DNA from: a virus
Strand: one strand, 5' to 3'
IMG/VR virus record: IMGVR_UViG_3300036782_000052
Coordinates: 6,239-70,238 of that record
Length of the DNA: 64,000 nucleotides
Position numbers and translations under genes: made by a program. This document shows positions 1-10,541 of the stretch, piece by piece; within the stretch, counting starts at the first letter, position 1, and every line of letters starts with the position of its first letter. The notes below the pieces were generated by a model. The model was not told the origin of the DNA. It was given only the letters and a program-made list of their open reading frames with translations, and made no database searches.

Positions 1-8
1 AGCTGCGG

Positions 9-1007
9 GTGATCTCGGTCGAGTTCACCTTCGTTGAGCAGGGCGCGTCGATCTTCCCCTCGATCATCACCAACACCATCAACGCGGTGATCGGCGCGGT
101 GTCCGATGCGCTGCTGTCGTTCGGATCGCTGATTTCCGTTGGCGCGGTGGCGCTGGCGCTGGTTTCCGCCGCGCTGCCGACTATCGAGGCGGCCAGCGTC
201 ACCCAGTCGTTCGCCAGCACGTCCACCACCATTGCAACCGATCCAGCCGCCTTGCTCGGTATGGCGACGGCGCTGCCGCCGCCCAACGACAACACCTGGT
301 ATGGCCGTTACGCCACCGGCAACGCCACGACCCAGCTGCCGCCTGGCACCACCGTGGCGTCGCTGCAAGCCCAGCTGGCGACCCAGCGGGCGACCGTGGC
401 CGCCTGCGTCACCACTGCCGTCGCGGCCGCCAGCACGCTGTCGCCGACGACCGCACCAGCCCTGGTCACTGCCATCGCGGCGCTGGTCGAAGCGGTCCGC
501 GCGACGCAGACCGACCCGGGCGATCAGGTCCGCACCCTCACGACCCTGGTCACCTTTACCTACACCGACAGCTATGGCGGTGCCGGGCTTTCCGGCGCTG
601 TTGGCACGGTGCGCGACGCGGTTGCGGTCACTTGCCGGCGCTGCGCCCTGGCCAGCCTGGCGCTCGCGTGTGCCGCCTATCAGCCGTTCTCGTATCAGGA
701 TGCCGAAGCGCTGCGCGCCCAGGTCGCGGCGCTGTTCGATGTCGAGATCACCGCGGCCGGCGATGCCGGCGATGATGACGCCTATGTCGCGCTGAAAACC
801 CTGCGAGCCACTGTCATTCAGGACCTGACAGCACGAGCCGCCGCGCTGCCGCTGGTGATGACGGTCACGCTGCCCTCGAACCAGCCGAGCCTGGTGGTGG
901 CCTATCGGCTCTACCAGGACAGCGGCCGGGCCGACCAGATCGTCACCGAGACCGGCGTCATTCACCCGGCGTTCCTGCCGACCACCATGCAGGTGCTGGC
1001 CTCGTGA
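9..1007 (+). CDS. Mu-like DNA circulation/tail protein (probably 5'-truncated by the window)
   Basis: C-terminal VVAYRLYQDSGRADQIV...HPAFLP typical of the Mu gpN family; directly upstream of the baseplate hub. Confidence 0.8.
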   Translation: MISVEFTFVEQGASIFPSIITNTINAVIGAVSDALLSFGSLISVGAVALALVSAALPTIEAASVTQSFASTSTTIATDPAALLGMATALPPPNDNTWYGRYATGNATTQLPPGTTVASLQAQLATQRATVAACVTTAVAAASTLSPTTAPALVTAIAALVEAVRATQTDPGDQVRTLTTLVTFTYTDSYGGAGLSGAVGTVRDAVAVTCRRCALASLALACAAYQPFSYQDAEALRAQVAALFDVEITAAGDAGDDDAYVALKTLRATVIQDLTARAAALPLVMTVTLPSNQPSLVVAYRLYQDSGRADQIVTETGVIHPAFLPTTMQVLAS

Positions 1008-2374
1008 GCGACGTTTCTTCGGCCTTCTCGACGCCGACCAATGCTGCGGTGGAAGCCAACCAAGACCCGGCGCTCTCATCCGCCTTCTCGACGCCGACTG
1101 AGGCAGCGGTCAAAGCCAATACGCCGCCCCCGCCCGACGAGGTCACGATCACTGTCGGGACGCAGAAGATCGGTGGCTGGCAGGGCATCAGAGTCACGCG
1201 CAGCATCGAGGAGGTCCCGAGCCAATTCAGTCTGACGATGACGGAGGCGTATCCCGACGCCGCGACGAAGATCGCCGTGACACCGGGGCAGGCCTGCACG
1301 ATTTCCATCGGTTCGGATGTGGTGCTGACCGGCTATCTGGACCGTTACTCGATCAAGATAGGCCCGCATAGCCACAGCGTCGAGATGGTCGGTCGGGGCA
1401 TGTGCGAGGACCTGACCGATTGCTCGGCCGATCTGATTACGCCCGGCGGGCCGGTTGAGGGTGGTCAATGCACAGCGACCGGCATGCTGGATCTGGCGCA
1501 GAAGCTCTGCAAGGCGTTCGGCATCACGGCCGTCTTGATCCCCCAGGACACCACTGGACCAATCCATACCTTCCAGGTCGGCTTGGGTGCGACCCCGATG
1601 GATGTGCTGCATCAGGTCGCCAACTATCTCGGCTATCTGCTCTACGAGAACCCGGAGGGGCAGTTGGTCATCGATCGCGTCGGCACCAACAAGATGGCGA
1701 CGGGTTTCCGCCAGGGCGACAACATCGAGGAATTCGAGGTCACGTTCGGCGCCGACCAGCGGTTCACCGACTACTACATGACTTACAGCGCGTTCGATCA
1801 GACGTCAGAGGGCGATGACGCGAATATCTGGAACCGGCGGGCGGAGATCCATGACCCAACGCTAAGGGCGCTAGGCCGAAAGCGCCCGCATATCACCGTC
1901 AGCCTGCAGACCGACAACACGGCGGACTTCGCCCAACGTGCGGTGGGCTGGGATATGGCGCGGCGCATTGGCCGCTCGCAGGCGGTGTCGATCCGCTGCG
2001 ATAAATGGCGCGACCAGAAGGGTCAGCTTTGGACGCCGAACTGGCTGGCGACCTTCGATATGCCTGCCGCCAAACTGCACAATCAGTCCTGGGTCATCGG
2101 CACCGTGTCCTACATCAAGGACTATAGCGGCACCCACGCCGAGGTCATGCTGATGCCGCCCGGGGCGTTCTCGGTCGAACCGGGGCCGCTCAACATTTAC
2201 GACTGGGAAATCGGCGGCAGTGTGTCGAACCCGAACGCCGGACCGCCCAGCCCGGATGACTTCTCGACGCCGACCACAGCGGCACTCGCAGCCAACGCGC
2301 CGCCGCCCACAGCCCCGCCAATCACCGCGCCGGCGTCGCAGGTCGGACCGGGCGGGCTACAGGGTCATGTCTGA
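1004..2374 (+). CDS. Mu gp44/gpP-like baseplate hub
   Basis: GWQGIRVTRSIE...FSL, TGYLDRY, DLTDCSA, GDNI, WRD..GQLWTPN motifs; synteny. Confidence 0.85.
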   Translation: MSDVSSAFSTPTNAAVEANQDPALSSAFSTPTEAAVKANTPPPPDEVTITVGTQKIGGWQGIRVTRSIEEVPSQFSLTMTEAYPDAATKIAVTPGQACTISIGSDVVLTGYLDRYSIKIGPHSHSVEMVGRGMCEDLTDCSADLITPGGPVEGGQCTATGMLDLAQKLCKAFGITAVLIPQDTTGPIHTFQVGLGATPMDVLHQVANYLGYLLYENPEGQLVIDRVGTNKMATGFRQGDNIEEFEVTFGADQRFTDYYMTYSAFDQTSEGDDANIWNRRAEIHDPTLRALGRKRPHITVSLQTDNTADFAQRAVGWDMARRIGRSQAVSIRCDKWRDQKGQLWTPNWLATFDMPAAKLHNQSWVIGTVSYIKDYSGTHAEVMLMPPGAFSVEPGPLNIYDWEIGGSVSNPNAGPPSPDDFSTPTTAALAANAPPPTAPPITAPASQVGPGGLQGHV

Positions 2375-2882
2375 TCGCATCAGCCTGCTGGAACAGCGGG
2401 TCGACCAGCTCGAGCGTTTGCTGCGTCTGCAAGTGGCGCTGGCGCGCTCGACCGCCCCGGTGGTCGATACCGGCGTCATCCAGACCATCCAGGGCAAGAT
2501 CGATCCGGTGTCGATCCGCGACGGCATGCCGGTGCTGCTGAATTTCGGCTTCTCGTCCAGCCTGCCGATCGGCGGCGACCATGTCGCGGTGTTCCTCAAC
2601 GGCGACCGTTCCCAGCCCCTGGTCGTCGGCACCAATCACCAGAGGTATCGCTACAAGGGCCTGAACCCCGGCGAAACGGTGCTCTACGACATGTATGGCA
2701 ACACCATTCTGCTGAACGGGGCCGGGATCCAAATGACCGCGTCGGCGGCCGTGCAGGTCAATGCGCCCGCGCTGATCACCTCGGGCAATGTCGTGGTTGG
2801 CACCGGCGCCACTGGCTCTTTCGCCACCGCCACCGGCTCGATGATCACGGTGGCCGACGGCATCATTACCAACATGTCGTGA
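2367..2882 (+). CDS. Mu gp45/gpV-like baseplate spike
   Basis: FGFSSSLP.G...GDRSQ...HQRYR...LNPGETVLYD; start placed at ATG 2367. Confidence 0.85.
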   Translation: MSDRISLLEQRVDQLERLLRLQVALARSTAPVVDTGVIQTIQGKIDPVSIRDGMPVLLNFGFSSSLPIGGDHVAVFLNGDRSQPLVVGTNHQRYRYKGLNPGETVLYDMYGNTILLNGAGIQMTASAAVQVNAPALITSGNVVVGTGATGSFATATGSMITVADGIITNMS

Positions 2883-2894
2883 CGGAGACGGCTT

Positions 2895-3275
2895 ATGGAA
2901 AACCCGCAAGGCACCGGGGTGACGAACCCGGCCTATTTCTCGGAACTGACCGCGCAGATCAACGGCATCCAGGGCACCGGCGCGTGCGCCGCGATCCAGT
3001 CGCTGGTGACCAAGGCGATGGCCTCGATCCAGGCCGCGGTGACCGCGATCAAGGACCAACTCACGGCCCTGTTGCCGCAGATCGCCGTGCCGACCGATCT
3101 CGGCTCGGCCATTTCCTGGATCAAGTCAGTCCAGGCACCGTTTCTCAAGGCCTATGACGACGCGACGGCGCAACTGACCCAGATTTTGTCTTCGGTCTCC
3201 GCGCTGGTCACCGCGATCGAGAACGCGGCCGGGCGCCTGATCGGCTGCTCGATCAGCATCCCGACGATCAGCTAA
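2895..3275 (+). CDS. hypothetical helical protein in baseplate module
   Basis: GGAG RBS, 126-aa ORF between gp45 and gp46. Confidence 0.6.
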   Translation: MENPQGTGVTNPAYFSELTAQINGIQGTGACAAIQSLVTKAMASIQAAVTAIKDQLTALLPQIAVPTDLGSAISWIKSVQAPFLKAYDDATAQLTQILSSVSALVTAIENAAGRLIGCSISIPTIS

Positions 3276-3279
3276 ACCT

Positions 3280-3723
3280 TTGGGCGACATCGCTATCGTC
3301 TTCGACCCGGTCAGCTTCACCGGGGACTTCGCCATGTCCGGCGCCGGCCTGCTGCTTGGCAACGAGCTGCAGACCGCGGTGCTGATCTCGCTGTTCACCG
3401 ATGGCGTGGCCTCGCCCGACGACATCATGCCGCCCAGCCAGGTCAACGACCCGCGTGGCTGGTGGGCGGATACCTACACGAACGATCCGATCGGCTCGAA
3501 GCTCTGGCAGGCGTTCTGGCGCCAGACGACGCCTGGCACCGTGAACTGGCTCAACGACACGGCGAACAAGGCCGTGCAATGGATGCTGGACGATGGCGTG
3601 GCGTCCTCTGTCACGGTGAATGCCCAATTGTTGGGGCCTGGCCGGATCGGGTTCAGCGGCACCATCATCGAGCCCTCCGGTCGGCCGACGCCGTTCTCCT
3701 GGGTGTGGAAACAAGAGGGGTAG
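3280..3723 (+). CDS. Mu gp46-like baseplate protein
   Basis: LQTAVLISLFTD...RGWWAD...GSKLW...WMLDDGVA signature. Confidence 0.9.
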   Translation: MGDIAIVFDPVSFTGDFAMSGAGLLLGNELQTAVLISLFTDGVASPDDIMPPSQVNDPRGWWADTYTNDPIGSKLWQAFWRQTTPGTVNWLNDTANKAVQWMLDDGVASSVTVNAQLLGPGRIGFSGTIIEPSGRPTPFSWVWKQEG

Positions 3724-3727
3724 TCGA

Positions 3728-4870
3728 TTGCCGTTCCCCCGCCCCACCCTCACCGCGCTGCGCACGCAGGCGATGCAGGATATCACCGCGTCGGACCTGC
3801 CGAACGCCGACGGCTTCCTGCGCCGCTCGGCGCTCCGGGTGTTGGCGTGGGTGCAGGCCGGGCTGGCCTATCTGCACTATGGCTACCTCGACTGGATCTC
3901 CAAGCAGTCGGTGCCCTACACCGCGACCGGCGAGTTCTTGGAAGCCTGGGCGGCGCTGGCGCCGACCCCGGTCTACCGCCTGGCACCGTCGCCGGCGACC
4001 TGTCCGCAGGTCACCTTCACCGCCATCACCACCACCCCGCCGGTCGTCATCCCGCCCGGCACGCTGATGTATCGATCGGACCTGACGCAGTATCAGACCA
4101 CCGCCGCGGGGACCGCTGTCGGCGGTGTGGTGACGGTTGCCATCGCGGCTGTGGTGGCGGGCTCTGCCGGTAACGCCGACGCTGGCACCGCGCTCTCGCT
4201 GTCCACCGTCATCGCCGGTGTGACGACCTCGTCCGGTATCGCGGTGACCGCGATCGGCGGCGGCACCGACCTTGAACTGGATGCCTCGCTGACCAGCCGC
4301 ATGCTGGAGAGCTATGCCAACCCGCCCTCTGGCGGATCGAGCGCCGACTACGTCACCTGGGCGCTTGAGGTGCCGGGCGTAACGCGGGCCTGGACCCGCG
4401 CCAACGGCATGGGGCCCGGTTCGGTCGTCGTCTACTTCATGGAGGACGTGGCGGAAGCGGCGCACAACGGCTTTCCGCAAGGCACCAACGGCGTGGCGAC
4501 CGGCGAGGCCCGGGCGTCCGTGGCGACCGGGGATCAGCTGGCGGTGGCCAATTGGATCTATCCGCTGCAACCGGTGACGGCGCTGGTCTATGCGGCGGCG
4601 CCGATCGCCCAACCGGTGAACTTCACGCTGACCGGCCTCTCCAGCATCAGCGGCGCCCAGCAAGCGCTCGTCAAGAGCGCGATTGCCGCGACCTTGGTCG
4701 CGCTCGGCAGTCCGCTCGCTGCGGCGCCCGGCATCCAGCAGAGCCAGATCCAGTCGGCGATCGCCGCCATCGCCGGGCTGCCAAACTTCGCCGTCACTGC
4801 GCCGACGGTCTGGCCGATCACGCCCGCTGTCGGGTCGCTGCTGACACTGGGCGTCGTGACCTTCGCCTAA
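3728..4870 (+). CDS. baseplate J / Mu gp47 protein
   Basis: PFPRPTL start, PYTATGEFLEAWA, GGSSADYVTWALEVPGVTRAW; TTG start at 3728. Confidence 0.9.
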   Translation: MPFPRPTLTALRTQAMQDITASDLPNADGFLRRSALRVLAWVQAGLAYLHYGYLDWISKQSVPYTATGEFLEAWAALAPTPVYRLAPSPATCPQVTFTAITTTPPVVIPPGTLMYRSDLTQYQTTAAGTAVGGVVTVAIAAVVAGSAGNADAGTALSLSTVIAGVTTSSGIAVTAIGGGTDLELDASLTSRMLESYANPPSGGSSADYVTWALEVPGVTRAWTRANGMGPGSVVVYFMEDVAEAAHNGFPQGTNGVATGEARASVATGDQLAVANWIYPLQPVTALVYAAAPIAQPVNFTLTGLSSISGAQQALVKSAIAATLVALGSPLAAAPGIQQSQIQSAIAAIAGLPNFAVTAPTVWPITPAVGSLLTLGVVTFA

Positions 4871-4894
4871 GTTCTGATTAGGAAAATCGCAGAA

Positions 4895-5341
4895 ATGCCG
4901 AAAAACTCGTTTCTCGACAACGCCTATCTGGCGCTGGTCTTCAATGGCACGACAATCCCCGGCCTGGCGCAAAATCTTGTATCCGGGGCGCTGACCAACC
5001 TCCAAGTCGCGCTGCACACGGCGGATCCCACCACGACGGCGGGCAGTGGCACCCTCAACACGCAAAATGCCTCGGAGGCGGCCTATACCGGCTATGCGCG
5101 GGTCAGCGTGGCGCGCACCACGGGGGGCTGGGTGGTGACGGGCAGCTCCGTCTCGCCGGCCTCGAACATCAACTTCCCGGCCGGCACCGGTGGCGGCGGC
5201 ACCGCCACCTATATGAGCGTTGGCGTCGGCAGCTCAGGCGCCACCTCGATCCTTTACTCCGGCGCGATCAGCCCGACGATCGCGATGGGCAGCGGCGTTA
5301 CGCCGGTTATCGCGGCTGGAACCACGATCACCGAGAGCTGA
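4895..5341 (+). CDS. virion tail-associated structural protein
   Basis: VALHTADP...EAAYTGYARVSV...INFP pattern common in small phage tail proteins. Confidence 0.6.
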   Translation: MPKNSFLDNAYLALVFNGTTIPGLAQNLVSGALTNLQVALHTADPTTTAGSGTLNTQNASEAAYTGYARVSVARTTGGWVVTGSSVSPASNINFPAGTGGGGTATYMSVGVGSSGATSILYSGAISPTIAMGSGVTPVIAAGTTITES

Positions 5342-5350
5342 TTCATTCCG

Positions 5351-8200
5351 ATGACGACCTGGAGCACTACCAACAAGTCGTCGACGGTCACGCTGTCGAA
5401 TGCCAACCTCACCGCGACATCGAGCACCGCGGTTTCGCAATCGGCGCAAAGCAGCACCAGTAAAAACAGCGGCCTCGTCTACATTGAGTTCGTGCTTGGC
5501 ACGCTGACCAACGATCTCAGCGTCGGCATCTGCAACAGTTCGGAAGCGCTTAATCCTGCCGGTGGCCTCGGCTCGGATGCCAATGGCGCCGGCTTCTACG
5601 CCGTCTCGCCGACGCAAGCGCTGTACGTCGCCAGCTCTCTCCTGACGGCGGGCACCGTCGCCTCGACCGCCGGCGACGTCGTCGGGATGGCGATCAACTT
5701 CAACACCACGCCACCGACGGCGTGGATCTCCGATGCGGCGATGCGCTCACAAGGCGCGACGTATAACAACAGTGGAACCGCCGACCCGGCGACCAACACC
5801 GGCGGCATTCCGCTCACCGGCCTTGGCGGCGGCCCCTACTATGCCGTGTTCAACGATGACATCGGCGGCGCCAGCGTCACGGTCAATTTCGGCGCCAGCG
5901 CCTTCAACCAGACGGTGCCATCGGGCTACCACGCCTGGGACGCCGTCGGTTCCGTCGCGACCATTACCGGCAGCGCCACCGTCAGCCCGGTCGGCGCCAG
6001 CCAGGCCGCCGCCAGCGCGGCGATCACCGGCAGCGCCACCGTCACCGGCGTCGGTTCGACCCGGCTTATCGCCACCGCGACCATTACCGGCAGCGCCACC
6101 GTCACCGGCGTCACGGCCTCGACCGGGGGTTCAACCGGCACCGCGTCGATCGCGGGCCACGCCACCGTCACCGGCGTTACCGCGGTGCAGATTGCCGCCA
6201 CGGCCGCAATCACCGGCAAGGCGTTCGTCAACGTCGTTGTCGGTGCGTCCGGCCCGCAGCTGCTGCCGGCCGGACCTTTGTCAACTTCCGGCAGCCAGAT
6301 TGTCGACCAGCATGGCAACCCGGTGCGGATCGCCAGCATCGGCTGGTCGGGCTCGAACCAGCGCGGCGGGGTGCCCGAGGGACTGGATCAGGTCAACTAT
6401 CAGACGCTGCTCAACCAGGTCGTATCGATCGGCTACAACACCATCCGTCTGACGTTCTGCGATGCCAGCGTCATCAACAACGACATGCCGGCAGCGGGGC
6501 TGATCAACACCACGCTCAATCCAACGATGGCCGGGCTGACCTGCCTGCAGGTACACGACCTCATCATCGGCTACTGCGGTTCGATCGGGCTGCGGGTGAT
6601 CATCGACAGCCACAACAACGAAGGGGCGAACACCCTCAATTTTGGCGCCAATCAGCCGAACGGGCTCTGGTATGACCTGGGCGGCGGCTCCGACGGCACC
6701 GACCAGGGCGGCAATACCGGCACCGTCACCGACGCGGCGTTTCTGGCGATGTGGCAGTCCATCGCCACGCGCTATGGCTCCTATGCTGCCATTGTCGGCT
6801 ATGACTTGAGAAACGAACCGAATACCACCGGCCAGGACGGACCCGGTGTTGGCGGCGGCTGCACCTGGGGCGACGGCTCGAACCGCGACATCCGCGCCAT
6901 GTATCAGCGGGTCGGCAACGCCATCCAGGCGATTGACCCGCGCCCGCTGATCATCTGCGAGGGGCCGCAGAATTACGGGCAGACCTTCGCCACCGGCACG
7001 ACGAGCGACGGCTATAACTACGGCTCGGGCACGACGTATTTCGGCAACTCCGGCGATCTGACCTTGGTGCGGACCTTGCCGGTCACGCTGAGCCTGCCGA
7101 ACAAGGTCTACTACAGCGTCCACGAGTATCCGCCGGAGACCTCGGGCAATCCCGCCGATGCGGCCTCGAGCGCCAAGATCGCCAACATGAACGCGGTCTG
7201 GGGCTATCTGGTGATCGAAAACATCGCGCCCGTGTGGCTGGGCGAGATGGGCACTTACCTCAACGGCAACTCGACCCAGCTCGCGCAATCCACCGCCTGG
7301 TGCGCGATGATGGTTAGCTACCTGAACGGCACCGCCGCCGGCGGCCCGGCCTTCTCCGGCACGCAGCAGGGTATTGGCTGGGACTGGTGGGATCTGGCGG
7401 TCGATGAGAACGGTGACGGCGGCGTTGCGGTACCGGATTTCGGCATTCTGACGGCCTGGTCTGGCGGCGTCGCCCGGGCCAATCAGTATGCGGTCTACAG
7501 CCAGCTGTTTTACCTGGGTGTTCCGGCGGTTGCCGGCGTCGGCACCAGCGGCGGTGGCACAGTCTCGATCATCACCGGCAGCGGTGAGGCGGTCAGTGTG
7601 CAGCCCGGCCGCGCGCCGCTCTTTGCCGCCGCCGACTTCGCCCAGGCGATGGCCAACCTGATGCCGCGCGGGATCATCTGGCGCCGCGACCCAGGCAGCG
7701 TGCTGATGCAAACGCTGGGGGCGCTGGCGCCCACCTATGAGCGCAACACCGCCGCAGCGGCGGCCCTGCTGGTCGATGCGTTTCCCGACACCACGACCAA
7801 CCTCCTGCCGGAGTGGGAAGCCTCGCTCGGTCTGCCCGATCCGTGCAGCGCGGCCAATCCATCGGTCGCGCAGCGTGCCGCAGCGGTCGCCGCGAAGTTC
7901 GGCGCGCGTGGCGGTCAGAGCCCCGGCTTCTTCATCGCCTTGGCCGCCGCCCTGGGCTTCGTCGTCACCATCACCCAGTTCTGGCCGTTCTGCGCCGACG
8001 CGGCCTGTGATGGGCCGGACTACGATGCCGCCTGGGCCTCGGCCTGGCAGGTCAACGCGCCGCAGGTCACCTCGTCCTACTTCATCGCGGACCTATCGAG
8101 CGCCGACGATCCGCTGGAAACCTACGACGCCGCCGAGCTGGTCTGCCGGATGACGCAATACGCCCCGGCGCATACCACGCTGATCTTCGCGTTTTCCTGA
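5351..8200 (+). CDS. fusion: SPRY/ConA-like domain + Thr/Ala repeats + GH5 endoglucanase + YmfQ/DUF2313 (Mu gp48) baseplate domain
   Basis: GH5 motifs GYNTIRL, DSHN, LRNEP, YSVHEY, WLGEMG; C-terminal LMPRG..WRRD...LLPEWEASLGLPD...GGQS..FFI...PAHT. Confidence 0.85.
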   Translation: MTTWSTTNKSSTVTLSNANLTATSSTAVSQSAQSSTSKNSGLVYIEFVLGTLTNDLSVGICNSSEALNPAGGLGSDANGAGFYAVSPTQALYVASSLLTAGTVASTAGDVVGMAINFNTTPPTAWISDAAMRSQGATYNNSGTADPATNTGGIPLTGLGGGPYYAVFNDDIGGASVTVNFGASAFNQTVPSGYHAWDAVGSVATITGSATVSPVGASQAAASAAITGSATVTGVGSTRLIATATITGSATVTGVTASTGGSTGTASIAGHATVTGVTAVQIAATAAITGKAFVNVVVGASGPQLLPAGPLSTSGSQIVDQHGNPVRIASIGWSGSNQRGGVPEGLDQVNYQTLLNQVVSIGYNTIRLTFCDASVINNDMPAAGLINTTLNPTMAGLTCLQVHDLIIGYCGSIGLRVIIDSHNNEGANTLNFGANQPNGLWYDLGGGSDGTDQGGNTGTVTDAAFLAMWQSIATRYGSYAAIVGYDLRNEPNTTGQDGPGVGGGCTWGDGSNRDIRAMYQRVGNAIQAIDPRPLIICEGPQNYGQTFATGTTSDGYNYGSGTTYFGNSGDLTLVRTLPVTLSLPNKVYYSVHEYPPETSGNPADAASSAKIANMNAVWGYLVIENIAPVWLGEMGTYLNGNSTQLAQSTAWCAMMVSYLNGTAAGGPAFSGTQQGIGWDWWDLAVDENGDGGVAVPDFGILTAWSGGVARANQYAVYSQLFYLGVPAVAGVGTSGGGTVSIITGSGEAVSVQPGRAPLFAAADFAQAMANLMPRGIIWRRDPGSVLMQTLGALAPTYERNTAAAAALLVDAFPDTTTNLLPEWEASLGLPDPCSAANPSVAQRAAAVAAKFGARGGQSPGFFIALAAALGFVVTITQFWPFCADAACDGPDYDAAWASAWQVNAPQVTSSYFIADLSSADDPLETYDAAELVCRMTQYAPAHTTLIFAFS

Positions 8201-8214
8201 ATAGTTGAGGCCTC

Positions 8215-9261
8215 ATGCAGCGCATCTTCGATCCAACCGCCGCGGCGACACTGCCGGCGGTGCCGGCCCTCTCCGGCTCAGTCGGCTATTTCACCGGCGG
8301 GGTGCCCGGATCGGTGGCGGCCACGCGGGTGCGCGCCTGGTATCTGAACATGTTGCAGGAGGAACTTATGACCCTCCTGACGACGGCCGGGATCACCCCG
8401 GATACCACCGGATCGAATTTCACCCAGGTGCTGCAGGCGATCCAGACACTGGGCAAGATCAAGGCGACCGCCACGCTCAATCTCTATGTCGGCGGTTCCG
8501 GCGCCTCAGACACCCTCAACAATGGGCTGTCGTCCGGCGCGCCGTTCGCCACGCTGCAACACGCGGCCAATGTCGTCTTATACGCCTATGATCTGAACGG
8601 TTTTACGGCCAACATCAATGTCGCCAACGGCACCTATACCGCTGGTGTGACTGTCGATTGCTCCAAGCTGCGCGGATCAATCCATTTCATCGGCAATACG
8701 GGCTCGCCCTCGTCTTGCGCGGTGACCCTGCCGGGCGGGGGATCCTGCTTTAACGTAATAAATTCCGGGCCGCAGGTCTTCGTCAGCGGCTTTCAGGTGT
8801 CCGCCCCGAGCGGCAGCACCGGCGCCCCCTGGACATCGCCGGGCTTCGGCCTCTCCTCCTCCAACGGCGCGCAGCTCATCTTCGATCACGTCGCGTTTGG
8901 CGCCAGCAGCTATGCGCACATGGCCGCCAATGCGGGGGGCTACATCGGCGTGCCGGCGGCATCGACGCCCTACAGCATCTCGGGCGGCGCCGTCGGCCAC
9001 GCCATCGCTGGCGGCACCGCGGGCTACATCTCGATCCCGAGCGCGATCGTGACAGTCACCGGCACGCCAGCGTTTTCCACCGCTTTTGCTGAGGTCGATG
9101 CGGGCGCGCTCGTCTTTGCGCCTTCCGCCAGTTTCTCCGGCGCGGCCACCGGGCCGCGTTATCTGTGCAGCAATGGCGGGGCCATCGAAACCAATGGCGC
9201 CGGCGCGAGCTTCTTCCCCGGCTCCACGGCGGGCTCGTCGACCACCGGCTACTACTCATAG
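8215..9261 (+). CDS. tail fibre/spike protein
   Basis: N-terminal GYFTGG.P...ATRVRAWYLNMLQEEL baseplate anchor, then LYV..SG.SD..GL...PFATLQ.A beta-helix-like region. Confidence 0.8.
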   Translation: MQRIFDPTAAATLPAVPALSGSVGYFTGGVPGSVAATRVRAWYLNMLQEELMTLLTTAGITPDTTGSNFTQVLQAIQTLGKIKATATLNLYVGGSGASDTLNNGLSSGAPFATLQHAANVVLYAYDLNGFTANINVANGTYTAGVTVDCSKLRGSIHFIGNTGSPSSCAVTLPGGGSCFNVINSGPQVFVSGFQVSAPSGSTGAPWTSPGFGLSSSNGAQLIFDHVAFGASSYAHMAANAGGYIGVPAASTPYSISGGAVGHAIAGGTAGYISIPSAIVTVTGTPAFSTAFAEVDAGALVFAPSASFSGAATGPRYLCSNGGAIETNGAGASFFPGSTAGSSTTGYYS

Positions 9262-9272
9262 GAGAACGATCC

Positions 9273-9611
9273 ATGTCAGGAACCGAACCCACCCCGCCGG
9301 CGCCCGCCGAAGCGGCGGATCAGAAAGCCGCGCTGTTGGGCGCGTTGGAGGCGGCGAAGTCGAAGGCCTCGACCGGGCTGCTTGAGCATGTCAGCGCGGC
9401 CCTGACCGATGTCATCGATGCAGTGGCCGCGTTTTTCCACCACCCGCCGTCGGTCGTCATTCATCCAGTGATGATCGTAGAGTCCAAGCCGCCGTCGGTA
9501 GAGTCCGAGGCCACACCCGCGACCGCCAGCATCGTTGGCGCGGCGACCGTCGCTGTGGCTGGGGCGACCGAGGCCGCACCCGCGCCGACTGAGGGGCCGA
9601 TCGCCCGATGA
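9273..9611 (+). CDS. hypothetical protein
   Basis: AGGAG RBS, ATG 9273, ATGA overlap with next gene. Confidence 0.55.
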   Translation: MSGTEPTPPAPAEAADQKAALLGALEAAKSKASTGLLEHVSAALTDVIDAVAAFFHHPPSVVIHPVMIVESKPPSVESEATPATASIVGAATVAVAGATEAAPAPTEGPIAR

Positions 9612-10117
9612 ACTACAATCCCAACAACTGGTATTGGATCGTCGCCGGGTCCACGACCGAGGTCTGGGCCAGCGCGCGCACGCAGTATGTGCCGCTGACC
9701 GATGCCACCTATACGGCGTGGCTGGCGGCCGGCAATCTGCCGACGCGGATCCTCAATGCCGCCGAGCTGGTCGACGTGCTGACGGTGCAATGGCTGCCCT
9801 CGGTCATGGCGCAGGGCGTCACCATCACCTCCACCGCGACCCCGGCGCTCAACAGCACCTATGCCGTGGACCAGGCGTCGCTTGCCAACATCTCGGCGCT
9901 CGCCACCGGAATCGCCGCCGGCAAGGGCCTGCCGGGCGGCGGCTCGACCTTCAACTATCCCGATGCGACTGGCACCATGCAGGCCTTCACGTCGGCCAAC
10001 TTCCTGGCCTTCGCCGCGGCGATCGAAACCTACGACTATGCCTACACCCAGGCGCTGGCCGCGCTGGTCAGCGGCAGCACTGCGACGCTGCCCGCATCGG
10101 CACTGACGATCCCCTAA
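9608..10117 (+). CDS. tail fibre assembly-like protein (DUF4376-like C-terminus)
   Basis: NWYWIV..., YTAWLAAGNLPT, position after fibre gene. Confidence 0.6.
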   Translation: MNYNPNNWYWIVAGSTTEVWASARTQYVPLTDATYTAWLAAGNLPTRILNAAELVDVLTVQWLPSVMAQGVTITSTATPALNSTYAVDQASLANISALATGIAAGKGLPGGGSTFNYPDATGTMQAFTSANFLAFAAAIETYDYAYTQALAALVSGSTATLPASALTIP

Positions 10118-10118
10118 A

Positions 10119-10541
10119 GTGGTTTCATTCTCTCGCACCGTCACCGCCGGCCTCGAGGCGATGGCCTATCTGGTCCCGTTCGGACCGATTCCGCTCGCCT
10201 GGCCGATGGCCACCCCGGGCGCCAATCTCGACTATACCCTCGATGTCGGGCCCCTGCTCAACGACGCCGCGGACCAGATTGCCTCGGTGTCGTTCGCCAT
10301 CTCGCCGAGTGGATCGGGCGAGCTCAGCTGCTCGACTGTCACCTTCACCGATAGCCTCATCACCGTGCAGCTCGCCGGTGGCGTGCCGGGCCGGTCCTAT
10401 CTGACCAAGTTCGACGTCGTCACCGAGGGCGGGCGCACCTTCGAAGTTAACGTGTGGCTGGCGATCGACCCGACGCTCGCAGCGACACCGCTGCCGCTCG
10501 CGCCCGACCTTGGTTTTGGAACGCCGGTCACCGCCACATGA
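10119..10541 (+). CDS. phage fibre-adaptor-like protein
   Basis: PGANLDYTLD...LAGGVPGRSY...VTEGGRT pattern. Confidence 0.6.
   Translation: MVSFSRTVTAGLEAMAYLVPFGPIPLAWPMATPGANLDYTLDVGPLLNDAADQIASVSFAISPSGSGELSCSTVTFTDSLITVQLAGGVPGRSYLTKFDVVTEGGRTFEVNVWLAIDPTLAATPLPLAPDLGFGTPVTAT

Noticed and set aside
9-4870. Mu-like tail combined with a lambda-type terminase as a novelty
   Set aside because: A common mosaic in temperate myoviruses; no Mu transposase seen
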